Below, piece after piece: positions 28,786-39,434 of a stretch of DNA of 64,000 nucleotides (position 1 is its first letter; each line of letters starts with the position of its first letter). This DNA is from a virus, in IMG/VR virus record IMGVR_UViG_3300044807_000022, positions 1-64,000 of that record, one strand, 5' to 3'. The translations under genes were made by a program, and so were the position numbers. The notes beneath the pieces are model-generated. The model was given only the letters and a program-made list of their open reading frames with translations, was not told where the DNA came from and did no database searches.

Positions 28786-29688
28786 GTGATGGAGCCCCAA
28801 GACCAGGTAGACGAAACCGTGACGACCGTCGAGACTTCAGAGGGGCAGGAGGGCGCGCAGGAGGGGAACGTTTCCCAGCCGCCGATCTTCGCGTACTCCC
28901 GCTACCTCGATCTGCCCGAGGAGTGCGAGGCCGAGCAGGCGAAGCGCGGCTCCTGCAAGGACCCCGAGCACTTCCACGCCTGGCTGCGGCTGCCCAACAA
29001 GTTCGAGCACAAGGAGATTCGCGACGAGGCGCTGGCCGCCAAGGCGCGCAAGGCCCGCGCGCTGCGCATGGAGGGCTCGAACGCGTACGAGGTCCTGGAG
29101 GAGGAAATGGACCGCCTCCTGTCCGAGGCCGACACCGAGGACATAATCGTGGAGCTTCTGTCGCTCGACCACGCGGAGGACGTGGAGAAGGCGAAGCGCG
29201 AGGTCATGTCCATCGAGGCCGACCCGCTCGCGAAGGACGACCCGAGCGACGAGGACGAGGAGCCGGTCCTTCTCTACGAGCACATCGACCGTGACCAGGC
29301 GCGGCTGGACGAGCTTCAGGACATGCCCGAGAGCGAGCGGCCCGAGGACGAGTACGTGGAGCTACTGAACCACGTCCACGGCTACTACACCGCGCTCGAC
29401 AAGGAGCTTCAGGCCATCCAGGAGCCCGCTCGGGAGGCGTTCAGGGCCAAGGAGAAGTCCGAACTGGTGAACATCATCAGGCAGGCGCGCATCCGCGCGG
29501 AGGGCACGCAGGAGTTCCTGCACGTCTACAACGCCCACCAGTGGGTCGCGGGCACGCTCAAGTCCGACAAGTCCGGACGGAAGTTCGGTGATCTGGAGCA
29601 CCTGAAGTCGGCGGCCCCCGAGGTCGTCACCGCGATCCAGATGGCCTTCTACCTGATGGAGAACGACGACCAGGCGGGAAAAGCGTAG
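28786..29688 (+). CDS. Tail assembly chaperone (G)
   Basis: Acidic; ends in slippery G GGA AAA. Confidence 0.75.
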   Translation: MMEPQDQVDETVTTVETSEGQEGAQEGNVSQPPIFAYSRYLDLPEECEAEQAKRGSCKDPEHFHAWLRLPNKFEHKEIRDEALAAKARKARALRMEGSNAYEVLEEEMDRLLSEADTEDIIVELLSLDHAEDVEKAKREVMSIEADPLAKDDPSDEDEEPVLLYEHIDRDQARLDELQDMPESERPEDEYVELLNHVHGYYTALDKELQAIQEPAREAFRAKEKSELVNIIRQARIRAEGTQEFLHVYNAHQWVAGTLKSDKSGRKFGDLEHLKSAAPEVVTAIQMAFYLMENDDQAGKA

Positions 29689-30005
29689 CGGGTGAAGCGT
29701 GGATCAACACCGTCCGCTTCGCTCGTGACTTTGGCACGGTACGCGAACTCCTGCCCGATGGCATCGACCGGCTCGTTGACGCGCCGTGGAAGCTGCACGA
29801 CGCCATCTACAGGGCCATCGCGATCCTCGGCTTCGAGGAGCTTCCCAAGGACGAGCAGCCGCCCGAGGCGATCTGGCTGGACAACCGCGCGCTGCGCGAG
29901 TGGTTCAAGGCCGTCGAGGAGAAGCGCAAGACCGACGCGGACCCGGACCGCCAGATCGAGGACCCCGTGAAGAACGACGCAGCGAGTGCCCTGATTAGAG
30001 GCTAG
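29676..30005 (+). CDS. Tail assembly chaperone -1 frameshift extension (GT)
   Basis: GGGAAAA at 29676-29682; -1 frame open to TAG 30003-30005 overlapping the tape-measure GTG. Confidence 0.85.
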   Translation, partial: GKSVAGEAWINTVRFARDFGTVRELLPDGIDRLVDAPWKLHDAIYRAIAILGFEELPKDEQPPEAIWLDNRALREWFKAVEEKRKTDADPDRQIEDPVKNDAASALIRG

Positions 30006-33000
30006 TGGCCGACTTCAACAACCCCAGCGGAGCAGGAGCGAACCTCGGTGAAATCGAGGCGCGTCTTGCTGCGATCAAGCAGTCGGTCGCGCAACTGGAG
30101 TCACGACTTCAGCGGGACGTAGCGGCCGAGTCGAAGGGGGCCAGGCCGGGACGGCGGGCGACCGAGCGCGCGGTGCGCGACGAGCTTGGTCCCGAGACCA
30201 CGCGGACGCGGGTGGAGGGCACCAGGGCGACCGAGGCCGACACGGGCGCGACCGAGCGCAACACGCGCGCCCACCAGAACCGCACCAGGACGCTTGAGGA
30301 GGAGCTACGCGCCCAGCGCAGGGCCACCCGACTCCAGCAGCCGGTTCCGCCGTCCGTGGCCGCCCAGCAGTCGCGCATCCTGCCACAGGCGGCCAACGCC
30401 GAGCAGGACGCGGCGGCGCTGCGGCGGCAGGTGGAGGCCAAGCGTCTCCTGGCGAGTCTCGACGGCCGCATGCTCACCGAGCAGCAGGCGGTCAACTCCG
30501 CGCTCTCCCAGGACATACAGAAGCGCGAACTGGCGTCACAGGGTCTCCGCAAGCACGGAGCCCTGACCACCGAGTTCATCAGCGCCGCCGCGCGCGGCAA
30601 CGTGACCCTGCGCGAAATGGGCTTCCAGGTCGGGGCCACGGTCGGCAAGTTCGCCGGGTGGACCGCCGCCGCCGGGGCCACGTACGGCGCGCTCGCGGCG
30701 GTCACCGCTCTCGGCAAGGGTGCGCTCGACGCCTCCAGCCAGGTCCAGATTCTCTCGAACTACATCACCGAGGGCTTCGACTCGGATCGGGCCAGCGAGC
30801 AGCTACGGCAACTCGCTCAGCAGTTCAACCTCCCCGTGGACCAGGTGGGTGAAGCCTTCCAGGGGATGGGCAAGATATTCCACGACCAGGAGTCCGCTTT
30901 CCAGGCCACACAGGCGGCGCTCTACGGCGTGAAGGTGGGCGAGCTTTCGGCCGCCGACTCCACCAAGTACCTGACCGCCATCGTGAACGGGTTCCACCTG
31001 CCCGCCGAGCGGCTGGCGACGATTCTCGATCAGGTCAACCAGGCCCAGAACAACTACGGCGTAGCGATCAAGGACACCGTAGCGGGCACCGGCCAGGCCG
31101 CAGGCGCGTGGCGCGCGGCGGGCGGCGACCTGAACCAGTTGCTCGCGCTGATCGTGACCGGCGAGAAGGTCACCGGCCGCTCGGGCGTGAACATCGGCAC
31201 GGCGCTCCAGCGGTCGGCCGAAATCATCCAGCGCTCGCCCAAGTCGCAGGAGGCGCTGCGCGGCTACGGGATCGACCCGACGCAGAACATCACGTCGATC
31301 TACCAGGAGGCCATCCGCAAGGTTCAGTCGGGCCAGATCAAGGGACCCGACGTGAACAAGCTCGCGTCGGCGCTCGCGACCCCGCAACTGTCGTCGCGCA
31401 TTTCACCGATCCTCCAGAACGCCGAGCTTTACAACAACATCTTGCGCGACACGTCGCCCGAGGCGTCGAAGGGCTCCGCGCAGCGCGAGTTGGAGAACCG
31501 GCTGAAGGCCGTCTCCGAGCGCGCCAAGGAGGTCGGCATCAACCTCCAGGCCATCGGGGTCGAGCTTGGCCGCGCGGGTGCGTTCGACGCGTTCGGTGGC
31601 CTGCTCATCACACTGAACCTGACCCTCAAGGCCCTGACCGAGGTCCTGTCGCTGGTCAACGAACTGCCCAAGGGCGTGCGCGAGGCCGTCGTCGTGGCTG
31701 CCGAGCTTTACGGCATCCTGCGGCTGATCCGGCGCTTCCGCCCGCCGAGCCTGAACGCCGAGACGGGCGAGGTCACGCAGACGGGGTTCCTGAAGCAGCG
31801 CCCCGAGACTTTCCAGCGCAAGACGCTCCAGGAGGCCGCGCGCAACCAGGTCAAGTTCTACCAGGACGAGCAGGAGCGGCTGGCCCGCAACCTGCCGACG
31901 CAGCGGCTCACTGCCTCCACCGCCGTCGAGACGCGCAACGCCGTCGCCGCGCGCGAGGCCGCCGCCGTGCAGGCTGGCAGCGCCGACGCCGGACGACGCC
32001 TGATCGCGGCCGAGACGGCGGCCACGAACTCGCTGGCTCGGGTGGCCGAGACCGAGGCGCAGCTTGCCGCCGTCGAGGCGCGCCTGATCGCCGCCCGCGA
32101 AGCTGAAACTGCCGTTAGCAATTCCAACCTGCGTCAGGCGAAGCGCCAGGGCAAGGATGCGACCACGGTCGCTCGCGAGGCTGGCATCTACCACCAGCCC
32201 GGCACGACGGACCGGCCGACGCCGGATCGCCCCGTGCCGGTGGCCGGTGGCCCCGGCGCGGCCAAGCGGGTCTCGGAGGAGGCCACGAAGATCGCCCGGC
32301 AGGAGCAGGAGATAGCCGCCGCGCAGAGCAGGTTCGGTGGGGTCACCGAGCGCGTCTCGAACGGCTTCAACCGAGCGCGCGGCGGGATCGACCGACTGGC
32401 GTCAGGACTTCGCGGCTTCGCGGGCTCGATGGGTGGCTTGTTCACCGCCGGGCTCATCACGCTTTTCGCCGCCGACGCGCTCAAGAACTACTTCGAGAAC
32501 CAGGGCAAGAAGGCCGACCGTCTCGGCAGCGGCCCGCAGAGCCAGGCCGAGGCCGACCGCTGGCGGGAGGGCGACTTCGGCCACTCGTTCGGTGACCTCT
32601 ACGACCCGACGACCGACCGGCTGAACCGCGACACCGAGCAGCGCTACTACGACCTCCAGCAGCAGGTCATCAACGGCCGGAAGCCCTACTCGGCGTTCGT
32701 GCGCCACCGGCCCACGCGCTACCAGCAGGCGACGAGCCTGTTCCGGGATGCGCCGCCGCTCGGGAGCACGCAGCAGGGCTTCGGCCCGGACGATCCGTTC
32801 AACGCGCCCGGTCCCAACACCGGGTTCAACAACAAGCTCGGCCTGTTCGGTGCGCCGCCGCCCAAGCCGTCGTACACCGGCCCGGTGCCGTTCAGGTTCG
32901 TGGGCGACATTGTGGCCGACGCCAAGGCCGTCGTGGACCTCTACAAGCAGGGCAAGGCGTCCAGGCAGGAGGCTCAGGATGCGGTCCACAAGGCCCTCCA

Positions 33001-34618
33001 GGAGACGCAGACCGCGCGCGGGTCCGAGAAGGACGTAGCGGCGGGCAAGCGCCTCCTCCAGCAGACCCGCGCGGTGCTCGGCCCCGACGCGAAGCACCAC
33101 ATCAGCCTCCTCCAGGAACTCAAGGCGCTCTCGCCCAAGGACCTGATCGCGTACGTCCAGGGCAACACGGCGGCCATCGAAGGGCTCGGCACCGACAAGG
33201 GGAACCTGGGGGCCGCTGCGGTCGCTCTGCGGGCCGCTATCGCCAAGGGCGGGGCTCACCCGACCGGAGACCAGGCGAAGGCGATCAAGGCCGCACGCGA
33301 CGGCGTGAAGGCCACGCTCGCGCAGATCGACCAGGAGTACCAGGAGGCAGTGTCGCTCGCGGACGGCAGCGCCGGGGCCGAGGCGCGCGCGTTCAACGAG
33401 GCCAAGGCCAAGATCGGCAAGACGCACGGCGGCAAGGACGCGGCGCGCCAGATGCAGACGCTCGTCAGCGAGGCCATCGCGCAGGCGTCGAAGGACCTCC
33501 AGGACGACCTGGTGCTCGCGCGCGGTGACCCGTCCAGGATCGCGGCGGCCTACCGGCGGGCGATGCAGAAGGTCAAGGGCACCGGCAACTCGCGCCAGTC
33601 GCAGGTGGCTCAGCAGCAGCTTCTCGAACAGCAGTTCCAGCAGGACGTGACGAACATCGACTCGTCCACGAACCTCGCGGCTGCCCGCGACCCCGCCAAC
33701 GCCATCGGTATCCGCCTGCGTGGCATCGGCCAGAAAATCGCAGCGGCAATCAGGACTTTCGGTCGCAACTCGAACCAGGTCCAAGACCTCATCGCCCAGC
33801 AGTACGACCTCCAGAAGCAGGCGGTCGATGAACAGGTCGCGCTCATCAACGCGAACACGTCGGTCGCGCAGGCGACGGCGAAGACCCCGGCGGGCGAGGC
33901 GCGCGCGGCGGTCAGCGGTGCGCTGGCGGCCTACAACGCCATGAAGGCGTCCGGCAAGTACAAGCCGTCCGAGCTTCGCGCCGCGTACGGCCAGTACCTC
34001 GCGGCCGTGAAGGGCCTCCACCAGCAGCTTCGCGCCGACGCTCAGGCGTACGCCGACTCCGTGACCGCGCTCGCGCTCTCGCGCACCGACGACCCGGTGA
34101 AGCAGGCCACGATCCAGCTTCAGGCCGCCCTCCGCAACCTCCGCAGGGCACAGACGCCGACCGAGCGCAACCAGGCCCTCGCGGCGGTGAACACTGCGCG
34201 CCGGAACCGTCGCCAGACGATCCAGCAGGGCAAGTACGACGACATTGAGTATTACGCGAGCATCGGCAAGCTCACCGCCGACGCCGAGATTCAGTCGCTC
34301 GAAGCGCTGGAGAAGTCCATCAAGGGCAACAAGAACCTGCGCCGCCAGATCAAGCAGCGCATCTACCAGTTGAAGCAGCAGTTGAACTCGGACGCCAACG
34401 GCCTCGACCTGAACCTCGACAACATCAAGCTCCCCACCACCTACGAGATTCGCCGCGCCGTGCTCGGCGGCGGCCCCCGGCGCTCGAACATCACCGTCCA
34501 CAACCGTCCCACGGTGAACGTGGAAGTGAACGACCCCGGCGCTGCCGATGCGGTCTACACGGCCATCGAGGACACCCTTGGAACGTCGCTCACCGCCGCC
34601 AGGAGGGCAGGCCGCTAA
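30005..34618 (+). CDS. Tape measure protein
   Basis: 1537 aa, Ala/Gln-rich helical, TP901-like core. Confidence 0.92.
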   Translation: MADFNNPSGAGANLGEIEARLAAIKQSVAQLESRLQRDVAAESKGARPGRRATERAVRDELGPETTRTRVEGTRATEADTGATERNTRAHQNRTRTLEEELRAQRRATRLQQPVPPSVAAQQSRILPQAANAEQDAAALRRQVEAKRLLASLDGRMLTEQQAVNSALSQDIQKRELASQGLRKHGALTTEFISAAARGNVTLREMGFQVGATVGKFAGWTAAAGATYGALAAVTALGKGALDASSQVQILSNYITEGFDSDRASEQLRQLAQQFNLPVDQVGEAFQGMGKIFHDQESAFQATQAALYGVKVGELSAADSTKYLTAIVNGFHLPAERLATILDQVNQAQNNYGVAIKDTVAGTGQAAGAWRAAGGDLNQLLALIVTGEKVTGRSGVNIGTALQRSAEIIQRSPKSQEALRGYGIDPTQNITSIYQEAIRKVQSGQIKGPDVNKLASALATPQLSSRISPILQNAELYNNILRDTSPEASKGSAQRELENRLKAVSERAKEVGINLQAIGVELGRAGAFDAFGGLLITLNLTLKALTEVLSLVNELPKGVREAVVVAAELYGILRLIRRFRPPSLNAETGEVTQTGFLKQRPETFQRKTLQEAARNQVKFYQDEQERLARNLPTQRLTASTAVETRNAVAAREAAAVQAGSADAGRRLIAAETAATNSLARVAETEAQLAAVEARLIAAREAETAVSNSNLRQAKRQGKDATTVAREAGIYHQPGTTDRPTPDRPVPVAGGPGAAKRVSEEATKIARQEQEIAAAQSRFGGVTERVSNGFNRARGGIDRLASGLRGFAGSMGGLFTAGLITLFAADALKNYFENQGKKADRLGSGPQSQAEADRWREGDFGHSFGDLYDPTTDRLNRDTEQRYYDLQQQVINGRKPYSAFVRHRPTRYQQATSLFRDAPPLGSTQQGFGPDDPFNAPGPNTGFNNKLGLFGAPPPKPSYTGPVPFRFVGDIVADAKAVVDLYKQGKASRQEAQDAVHKALQETQTARGSEKDVAAGKRLLQQTRAVLGPDAKHHISLLQELKALSPKDLIAYVQGNTAAIEGLGTDKGNLGAAAVALRAAIAKGGAHPTGDQAKAIKAARDGVKATLAQIDQEYQEAVSLADGSAGAEARAFNEAKAKIGKTHGGKDAARQMQTLVSEAIAQASKDLQDDLVLARGDPSRIAAAYRRAMQKVKGTGNSRQSQVAQQQLLEQQFQQDVTNIDSSTNLAAARDPANAIGIRLRGIGQKIAAAIRTFGRNSNQVQDLIAQQYDLQKQAVDEQVALINANTSVAQATAKTPAGEARAAVSGALAAYNAMKASGKYKPSELRAAYGQYLAAVKGLHQQLRADAQAYADSVTALALSRTDDPVKQATIQLQAALRNLRRAQTPTERNQALAAVNTARRNRRQTIQQGKYDDIEYYASIGKLTADAEIQSLEALEKSIKGNKNLRRQIKQRIYQLKQQLNSDANGLDLNLDNIKLPTTYEIRRAVLGGGPRRSNITVHNRPTVNVEVNDPGAADAVYTAIEDTLGTSLTAARRAGR

Positions 34619-35055
34619 TGCCGCGCACCGCCAACCGCTTCCTGAACCCGTGGACAGGTGCCACGTACGACTGGCCGATCAACCACTCCGAGGAGGAGTC
34701 GTTCGGCAAGGCGCGGAACATCGAGCACACCGCGCCGACGAGCGCCAACGGGCTCATCCGTCAGCAGGGCGACGATAGTCCGATGACAATTAAGATTTCA
34801 GGGACGGTCTTCCACAAGGCGCAGCACCAGGCGTTCATCGACTGGTTCGAGCGGAGCCGGACGCAGACCATCTACTGGCGGAACTTCGACGGCGAGGAGT
34901 TCGAGGTCATCTTCACCAGCTACCAGCCGCAGAAGCACCGCACGCTGCGCAACCCGCGCGACTTCGCGAACGCGCCCTACCACTACTGGACGTACACGAT
35001 GGAGTTCGACGTGGTGCGCTTCATATCGGGCGTCTGGGAAGACACCCTCCCCTAG
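34618..35055 (+). CDS. Distal tail protein (putative)
   Basis: Directly after the tape measure gene. Confidence 0.55.
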   Translation: MPRTANRFLNPWTGATYDWPINHSEEESFGKARNIEHTAPTSANGLIRQQGDDSPMTIKISGTVFHKAQHQAFIDWFERSRTQTIYWRNFDGEEFEVIFTSYQPQKHRTLRNPRDFANAPYHYWTYTMEFDVVRFISGVWEDTLP

Positions 35056-35059
35056 CCCC

Positions 35060-37198
35060 ATGGCTCTCGTTGACGACGCATTCGAGGTCCGCTGGCAGTG
35101 GGGCGACTGGTTCGAGACCCCCCCGGCATACGTCGGCCGGGTCAAGCCGACGCTGCGCGTGGCGATGCGGCGCGGCAAGCTCGTCCGTGCCTTCGATGAG
35201 TGGGACCCGCGCGACGACTTCGCCACGATCCCCGGCCAGTCGGTGCAGCACCCGTGGCAGGCGACGTGGACCCCCAGCGAGGACTACGTGGACATTCCGG
35301 GCGTGCTCGACATGGACCTCGCGCAGGACTTCGCGAACAACGGCCAGACGCGCGCGACGATCCAGGTGGAGAACACCGTCATGGTCGAGCGGGTCGGCGC
35401 GCTCGGGCACATCTTCAGGACCATCGAGAAGGGCTACTTGAGCCCCTGGCGGGGATACAAGAACGACAGTCTGAGTTTCCCCCCGCCCTCCGAGCCCAAG
35501 AACGAGTGGTTCCAGCGGCTCAACCGCAACGTGCAGATCACCGCCTGGGCCGGGTACGGCGAGGACTTCATGCTGCCGGTCTGGACCGGACTGGTGGACG
35601 ACCTCGATATGTCATCGAAGCCCGCGAAGATCACCATTACTGCGCGGGACTTTGGACAGATACTCACCGACCAGGTGGTGTTCGGGCGCATACGCGGACC
35701 GAACACGGTCAGGGAGCCCGTCGTCTTCGCGGACCGCGACAAGAGCACCATCATCGTCAAGGCGGCGGGTAAGCCCAAGGCGTCCTCGCACATGAAGGGC
35801 CACCCGCCCGCGTTCGGGATCGACAAGAGCAACAAGACGCGCTGGATCAGCAGCGGCCACGACTCGGCGGACCACACCGAGTGGTTCCAGTTCGCCGTGC
35901 CCAAGGGCAAGTACGAGCGCCTGTATCTCTACCCGGCGTTCAACAACATGGAGTTGTTCATATCGGTCCACGTGAAGAACAAGGGCCTGAAGGGCAAGCC
36001 TGCGCACGCGTTCGATCAGCCGGTCCCGAACGGCTGGCTGGACCTACCCGGTCACGGCTACGTGACGAACGACGAGGGTCAGACGATCCCGTTCATTCGA
36101 CACATCAAGTCCACGCAGGCGAAGGGCACCTACTACAACATCGTGGACCTGAACGTGGGCGACGGCACCGAGATTCGCCTGACGTTCAAGAAGCTGCGGC
36201 GGTGGAGTCACGACGGCCGCTACCACGCCGGGGTGTTCACCACGAACGCGCGTCACCGCAAGCTCAAGCCGAACGTGAAGAAGTCGAAGCTCATCCTGGT
36301 CGATGACGTGACCGACGTTGCGAAGGTCCTGTTCCGGTGGGCGGGCTTCAAGGAATGGGAGGTCGAGAAGTCGGGCGTGCGGCTCAAGGAGAACTTCGTC
36401 GTGCCGCGCTCGGACTCGCTGATGGACCCGGTGAAGAAGGTGTGCGAGCAGACCGGCTTCGTCTTCTTCATGGGTGATCCCACCACTTGGGAAGACTCGA
36501 TTGGCGTTCCGATTTTGCGCCACAACTCCGTGTTCGGTGATCCGTCCGCCACGCGCGTCGTGCGCGACACCGATCTGCTCACCGGCATGAACGTGAAGAT
36601 CAGCGACGACCCGCTCAAGTGGCCCATCTTCGTGCGTGGCAGGCTCAGCAAGGGCAAGAAGGACAAGGAGGCCACCGGGCAGATCGGGCTGACCAACTTC
36701 TTTGGCGAGCCCAAGCGCGTCGGCGCGAAAATCTACCCGCCGTGGAAGGGCCGCATGGCCGAGGTAATGAAGCACGCCTTCCACTACGACACAAAGCTGA
36801 AGTCCGAGCTTGAGTGCCTGATGGCCTGCTACCTGATCGCACTCCAGATGGCGTTGCAGTCCGCGACGGCGGTGATCGAGATACCGGCGAACCCCGGAAT
36901 CGAGTTGGACCATCAGATCGTGGTCAAGGACACCGCCACCGGGCTCACCCAGCGCCTCTACATCGCGCAACGCAACATGACGCTGACGCGCGGCGAGAAC
37001 ACCAAGTTCACGATGACGCTCGGCGGCTCGCTGATCGACACCCCGGACATTCAGGGCGTGCTTGACGCGATGCGCAAGGTCGATTGGGGCGATCAGGAGG
37101 ACGGCATCATTCCGGTCATGGCGAGCGGCCCTGGTGCCAACCTCAGCCAGGGCGACGAACTGGTCACGGCGAGTGGCCCCGGAGCCAACCTCACGTAA
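35060..37198 (+). CDS. Baseplate hub/Tal-like protein with discoidin (F5/8C)-like insertion
   Basis: VWTGLVDD...ITITARD; ASS...P...ID...TRWIS; IPANPGIELD. Confidence 0.7.
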   Translation: MALVDDAFEVRWQWGDWFETPPAYVGRVKPTLRVAMRRGKLVRAFDEWDPRDDFATIPGQSVQHPWQATWTPSEDYVDIPGVLDMDLAQDFANNGQTRATIQVENTVMVERVGALGHIFRTIEKGYLSPWRGYKNDSLSFPPPSEPKNEWFQRLNRNVQITAWAGYGEDFMLPVWTGLVDDLDMSSKPAKITITARDFGQILTDQVVFGRIRGPNTVREPVVFADRDKSTIIVKAAGKPKASSHMKGHPPAFGIDKSNKTRWISSGHDSADHTEWFQFAVPKGKYERLYLYPAFNNMELFISVHVKNKGLKGKPAHAFDQPVPNGWLDLPGHGYVTNDEGQTIPFIRHIKSTQAKGTYYNIVDLNVGDGTEIRLTFKKLRRWSHDGRYHAGVFTTNARHRKLKPNVKKSKLILVDDVTDVAKVLFRWAGFKEWEVEKSGVRLKENFVVPRSDSLMDPVKKVCEQTGFVFFMGDPTTWEDSIGVPILRHNSVFGDPSATRVVRDTDLLTGMNVKISDDPLKWPIFVRGRLSKGKKDKEATGQIGLTNFFGEPKRVGAKIYPPWKGRMAEVMKHAFHYDTKLKSELECLMACYLIALQMALQSATAVIEIPANPGIELDHQIVVKDTATGLTQRLYIAQRNMTLTRGENTKFTMTLGGSLIDTPDIQGVLDAMRKVDWGDQEDGIIPVMASGPGANLSQGDELVTASGPGANLT

Positions 37199-37680
37199 TG
37201 CCGCCACGCGACGTACAGCGCGGCGCGGGCCGCATCAAGACGCACTCGCTCCAGCGTTCGCTGGCGGCGCTGTCGATCAACGTCGTGCGCGAGGAGAAGG
37301 CCCGCGAGGACGAGCTTGAGCCGCAGCGGCTCGCGGAGGGCGAGCAACAGTTCCAGATCGACGTGAGCGGCAAGGCCACGGGCGTACCTGACTGGCAGGA
37401 CGCCTACCTCGACTTCACCGAGGCGCTGTTCTGCCTGGAGGGCGAGCGCGACAACCCGGCCGTCGAGCCGCAGTTCTGGTGGGGGGTCAAGCTCGATTCT
37501 GCGATTCCCGTCATGTTTTCCGTCCTGGTGATGGAGTGGAATACGGACCAGAACGAGGCGTTCACCGGAGCCAAGTGCAAGGTGGGCGTGTGGTCGCTTA
37601 GCGGTGATGTGGAGTTTCGAGGTCGTGTCCACGTGACGTTTCAGGGCTACGGCACACCTGTCATGGACGAATCGGAGTAG
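37198..37680 (+). CDS. Minor tail protein
   Basis: TAATG overlap; synteny. Confidence 0.6.
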   Translation: MPPRDVQRGAGRIKTHSLQRSLAALSINVVREEKAREDELEPQRLAEGEQQFQIDVSGKATGVPDWQDAYLDFTEALFCLEGERDNPAVEPQFWWGVKLDSAIPVMFSVLVMEWNTDQNEAFTGAKCKVGVWSLSGDVEFRGRVHVTFQGYGTPVMDESE

Positions 37681-37683
37681 CGA

Positions 37684-39414
37684 ATGCACAAGGGCACCTT
37701 CTCGGGAATCTCGATCCTCGATCTGGGCGAGGGGATCACCGACGCCGGGGCGGCGTTCGGCGGACAGGACCGTTCGATCATGGACCGGCTCCTGGAGGTC
37801 GGCGCGGTCACGCACCGCCACGACGCGCACGCTCCGCTGCCTGACCCCATCGCCGCGCCGAGCGCCGTTGTCGCGACCAGCGGCGGCGCGATCCCCGGCG
37901 ACCGGACGATCTACGTCGGGTTCACCCTGCTCGACTCGTCGGGCGGCGAGACGCTGCTGTCCGAGGTCGAAATCGAGACGACGGCCGCGCAGTACGACGC
38001 GCCCACGACTGCGCCCGAGGCGAGCGCCGACTACAGCGCGGGCTCGCTGCTGACCGGCACCTACCACTACGCGATCACCTTCACGGATGGCGTCGGCGGC
38101 GAGACCTCCATCGGCCCGCCCGTCGTCGTGACCCGCGACCCCGGCTACGCGTCGGGGCAGGTCCACCTGTGGGGCATGGCAGACGCGATGGCCGAGGTAG
38201 ACGCGGCGGGCTGGCGGCTCTACCGCTCGACCGGGGGCGGCGAGTACGACTTCCTGGCCGAGGGGGCGACCGACACCTTCACCGACACCGGGGCGATCCC
38301 GCTCAACTGCGCCGTCCACCCACCGACCACATTCCAGAACACGACGGCGGGCGCGAATCTCCTGACTGTCGTCGTACCTTCAGGATCGGCTGGCGTGTCG
38401 TCGGCGGCGAGCCAGTTCCGCCTCTACCTGTCGGAGGACGGCCTGTTCGAGGACCCGTCCCTGTACGGCACCTACCCGCCGTCGAGCGCAGGCGTGGACA
38501 TAGTGATCCCGTCGCTGCTGCTGCTGCGCGGAGCCCCGCCGCTCGTCTCGCAAGCGCTGCGCGGCGCGAACCAGATCGACCCCGACACGGAGTTGATCGA
38601 CTGGCACTGGAAGCGCCCCGTGGCGACCGTAGGCGACCTGCCCGACGCGTCCGAGGGCGCGGAGGACGGCGACGTGCGCGTGGTGCTCTCAGACGGCCTC
38701 CCTCGCCGCTACCTGTCGGGCTCCTGGGACACCTGGAACATGGGCGCGGGCACGATCACCGCGCAGGGCAGCGCGGGCGTCGGCGCGATCAGACTGGTCG
38801 GCTCGGGCGAGGTCGGCGTCTCGGCCGTCACCACGTCGGCGGGCGAGACCACCTGGACGATCTACGCGCCGAGCGCGGCGGCTGGCGGCGGCGGCGCTGG
38901 GTCCATCAACGTCCACTACGCGAAGGTCTCGAACGAGGTCACCGACCTGGAGTTCGCCCCGGACGGCCTCACCGTCACCGTCAACGTCACGGACGGCTTC
39001 GCGACGGTCATCCACAAGCCCGCCGGACGCACGGAGACGGGGCAGGAGTGGTTCACGTCGTCGGGCGACGTGGTGGACGATGCCGTCATCAGCCTCGCGC
39101 CGGGCTACCGACTGATCCACTGCTCGGTAAACCAGGCGGCGCGCGTGCGCGTCTACTCGGATGCCGCCGCGCAGGCGGCCGACTCGGCGCGCGGGATCGG
39201 CGTGGCCCCGACCGGCGACCACGGCGTGATCTACGAGCACGTCTTCCCGACCGGCTCGCTGGACCATCGCATCGCCCCGAACATCATGGGCTCGGTGTTC
39301 GACAACCCCGGCGGCGGGATCGCGGAAGTGCCCATCACGATCACGGCCATGGACAGCGAGGCGTCCACCATCGTCACGTTCTGGTGGCAGCAGACGGAAG
39401 CCTATAACCCCTAA
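37684..39414 (+). CDS. Minor tail/receptor-binding protein
   Basis: GTYHYAIT...GET...WRLYRS...FTDTG FN3-like motifs. Confidence 0.7.
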   Translation: MHKGTFSGISILDLGEGITDAGAAFGGQDRSIMDRLLEVGAVTHRHDAHAPLPDPIAAPSAVVATSGGAIPGDRTIYVGFTLLDSSGGETLLSEVEIETTAAQYDAPTTAPEASADYSAGSLLTGTYHYAITFTDGVGGETSIGPPVVVTRDPGYASGQVHLWGMADAMAEVDAAGWRLYRSTGGGEYDFLAEGATDTFTDTGAIPLNCAVHPPTTFQNTTAGANLLTVVVPSGSAGVSSAASQFRLYLSEDGLFEDPSLYGTYPPSSAGVDIVIPSLLLLRGAPPLVSQALRGANQIDPDTELIDWHWKRPVATVGDLPDASEGAEDGDVRVVLSDGLPRRYLSGSWDTWNMGAGTITAQGSAGVGAIRLVGSGEVGVSAVTTSAGETTWTIYAPSAAAGGGGAGSINVHYAKVSNEVTDLEFAPDGLTVTVNVTDGFATVIHKPAGRTETGQEWFTSSGDVVDDAVISLAPGYRLIHCSVNQAARVRVYSDAAAQAADSARGIGVAPTGDHGVIYEHVFPTGSLDHRIAPNIMGSVFDNPGGGIAEVPITITAMDSEASTIVTFWWQQTEAYNP

Positions 39415-39434
39415 CGGGAGTTAGGACTTCTCAG

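Noticed and set aside
32402-34501. Long antisense ORFs (699 aa here; also 13538..15067, 36044..37207, 37093..38319)
   Set aside because: Shadow frames of high-GC coding genes; no RBS or recognisable motifs
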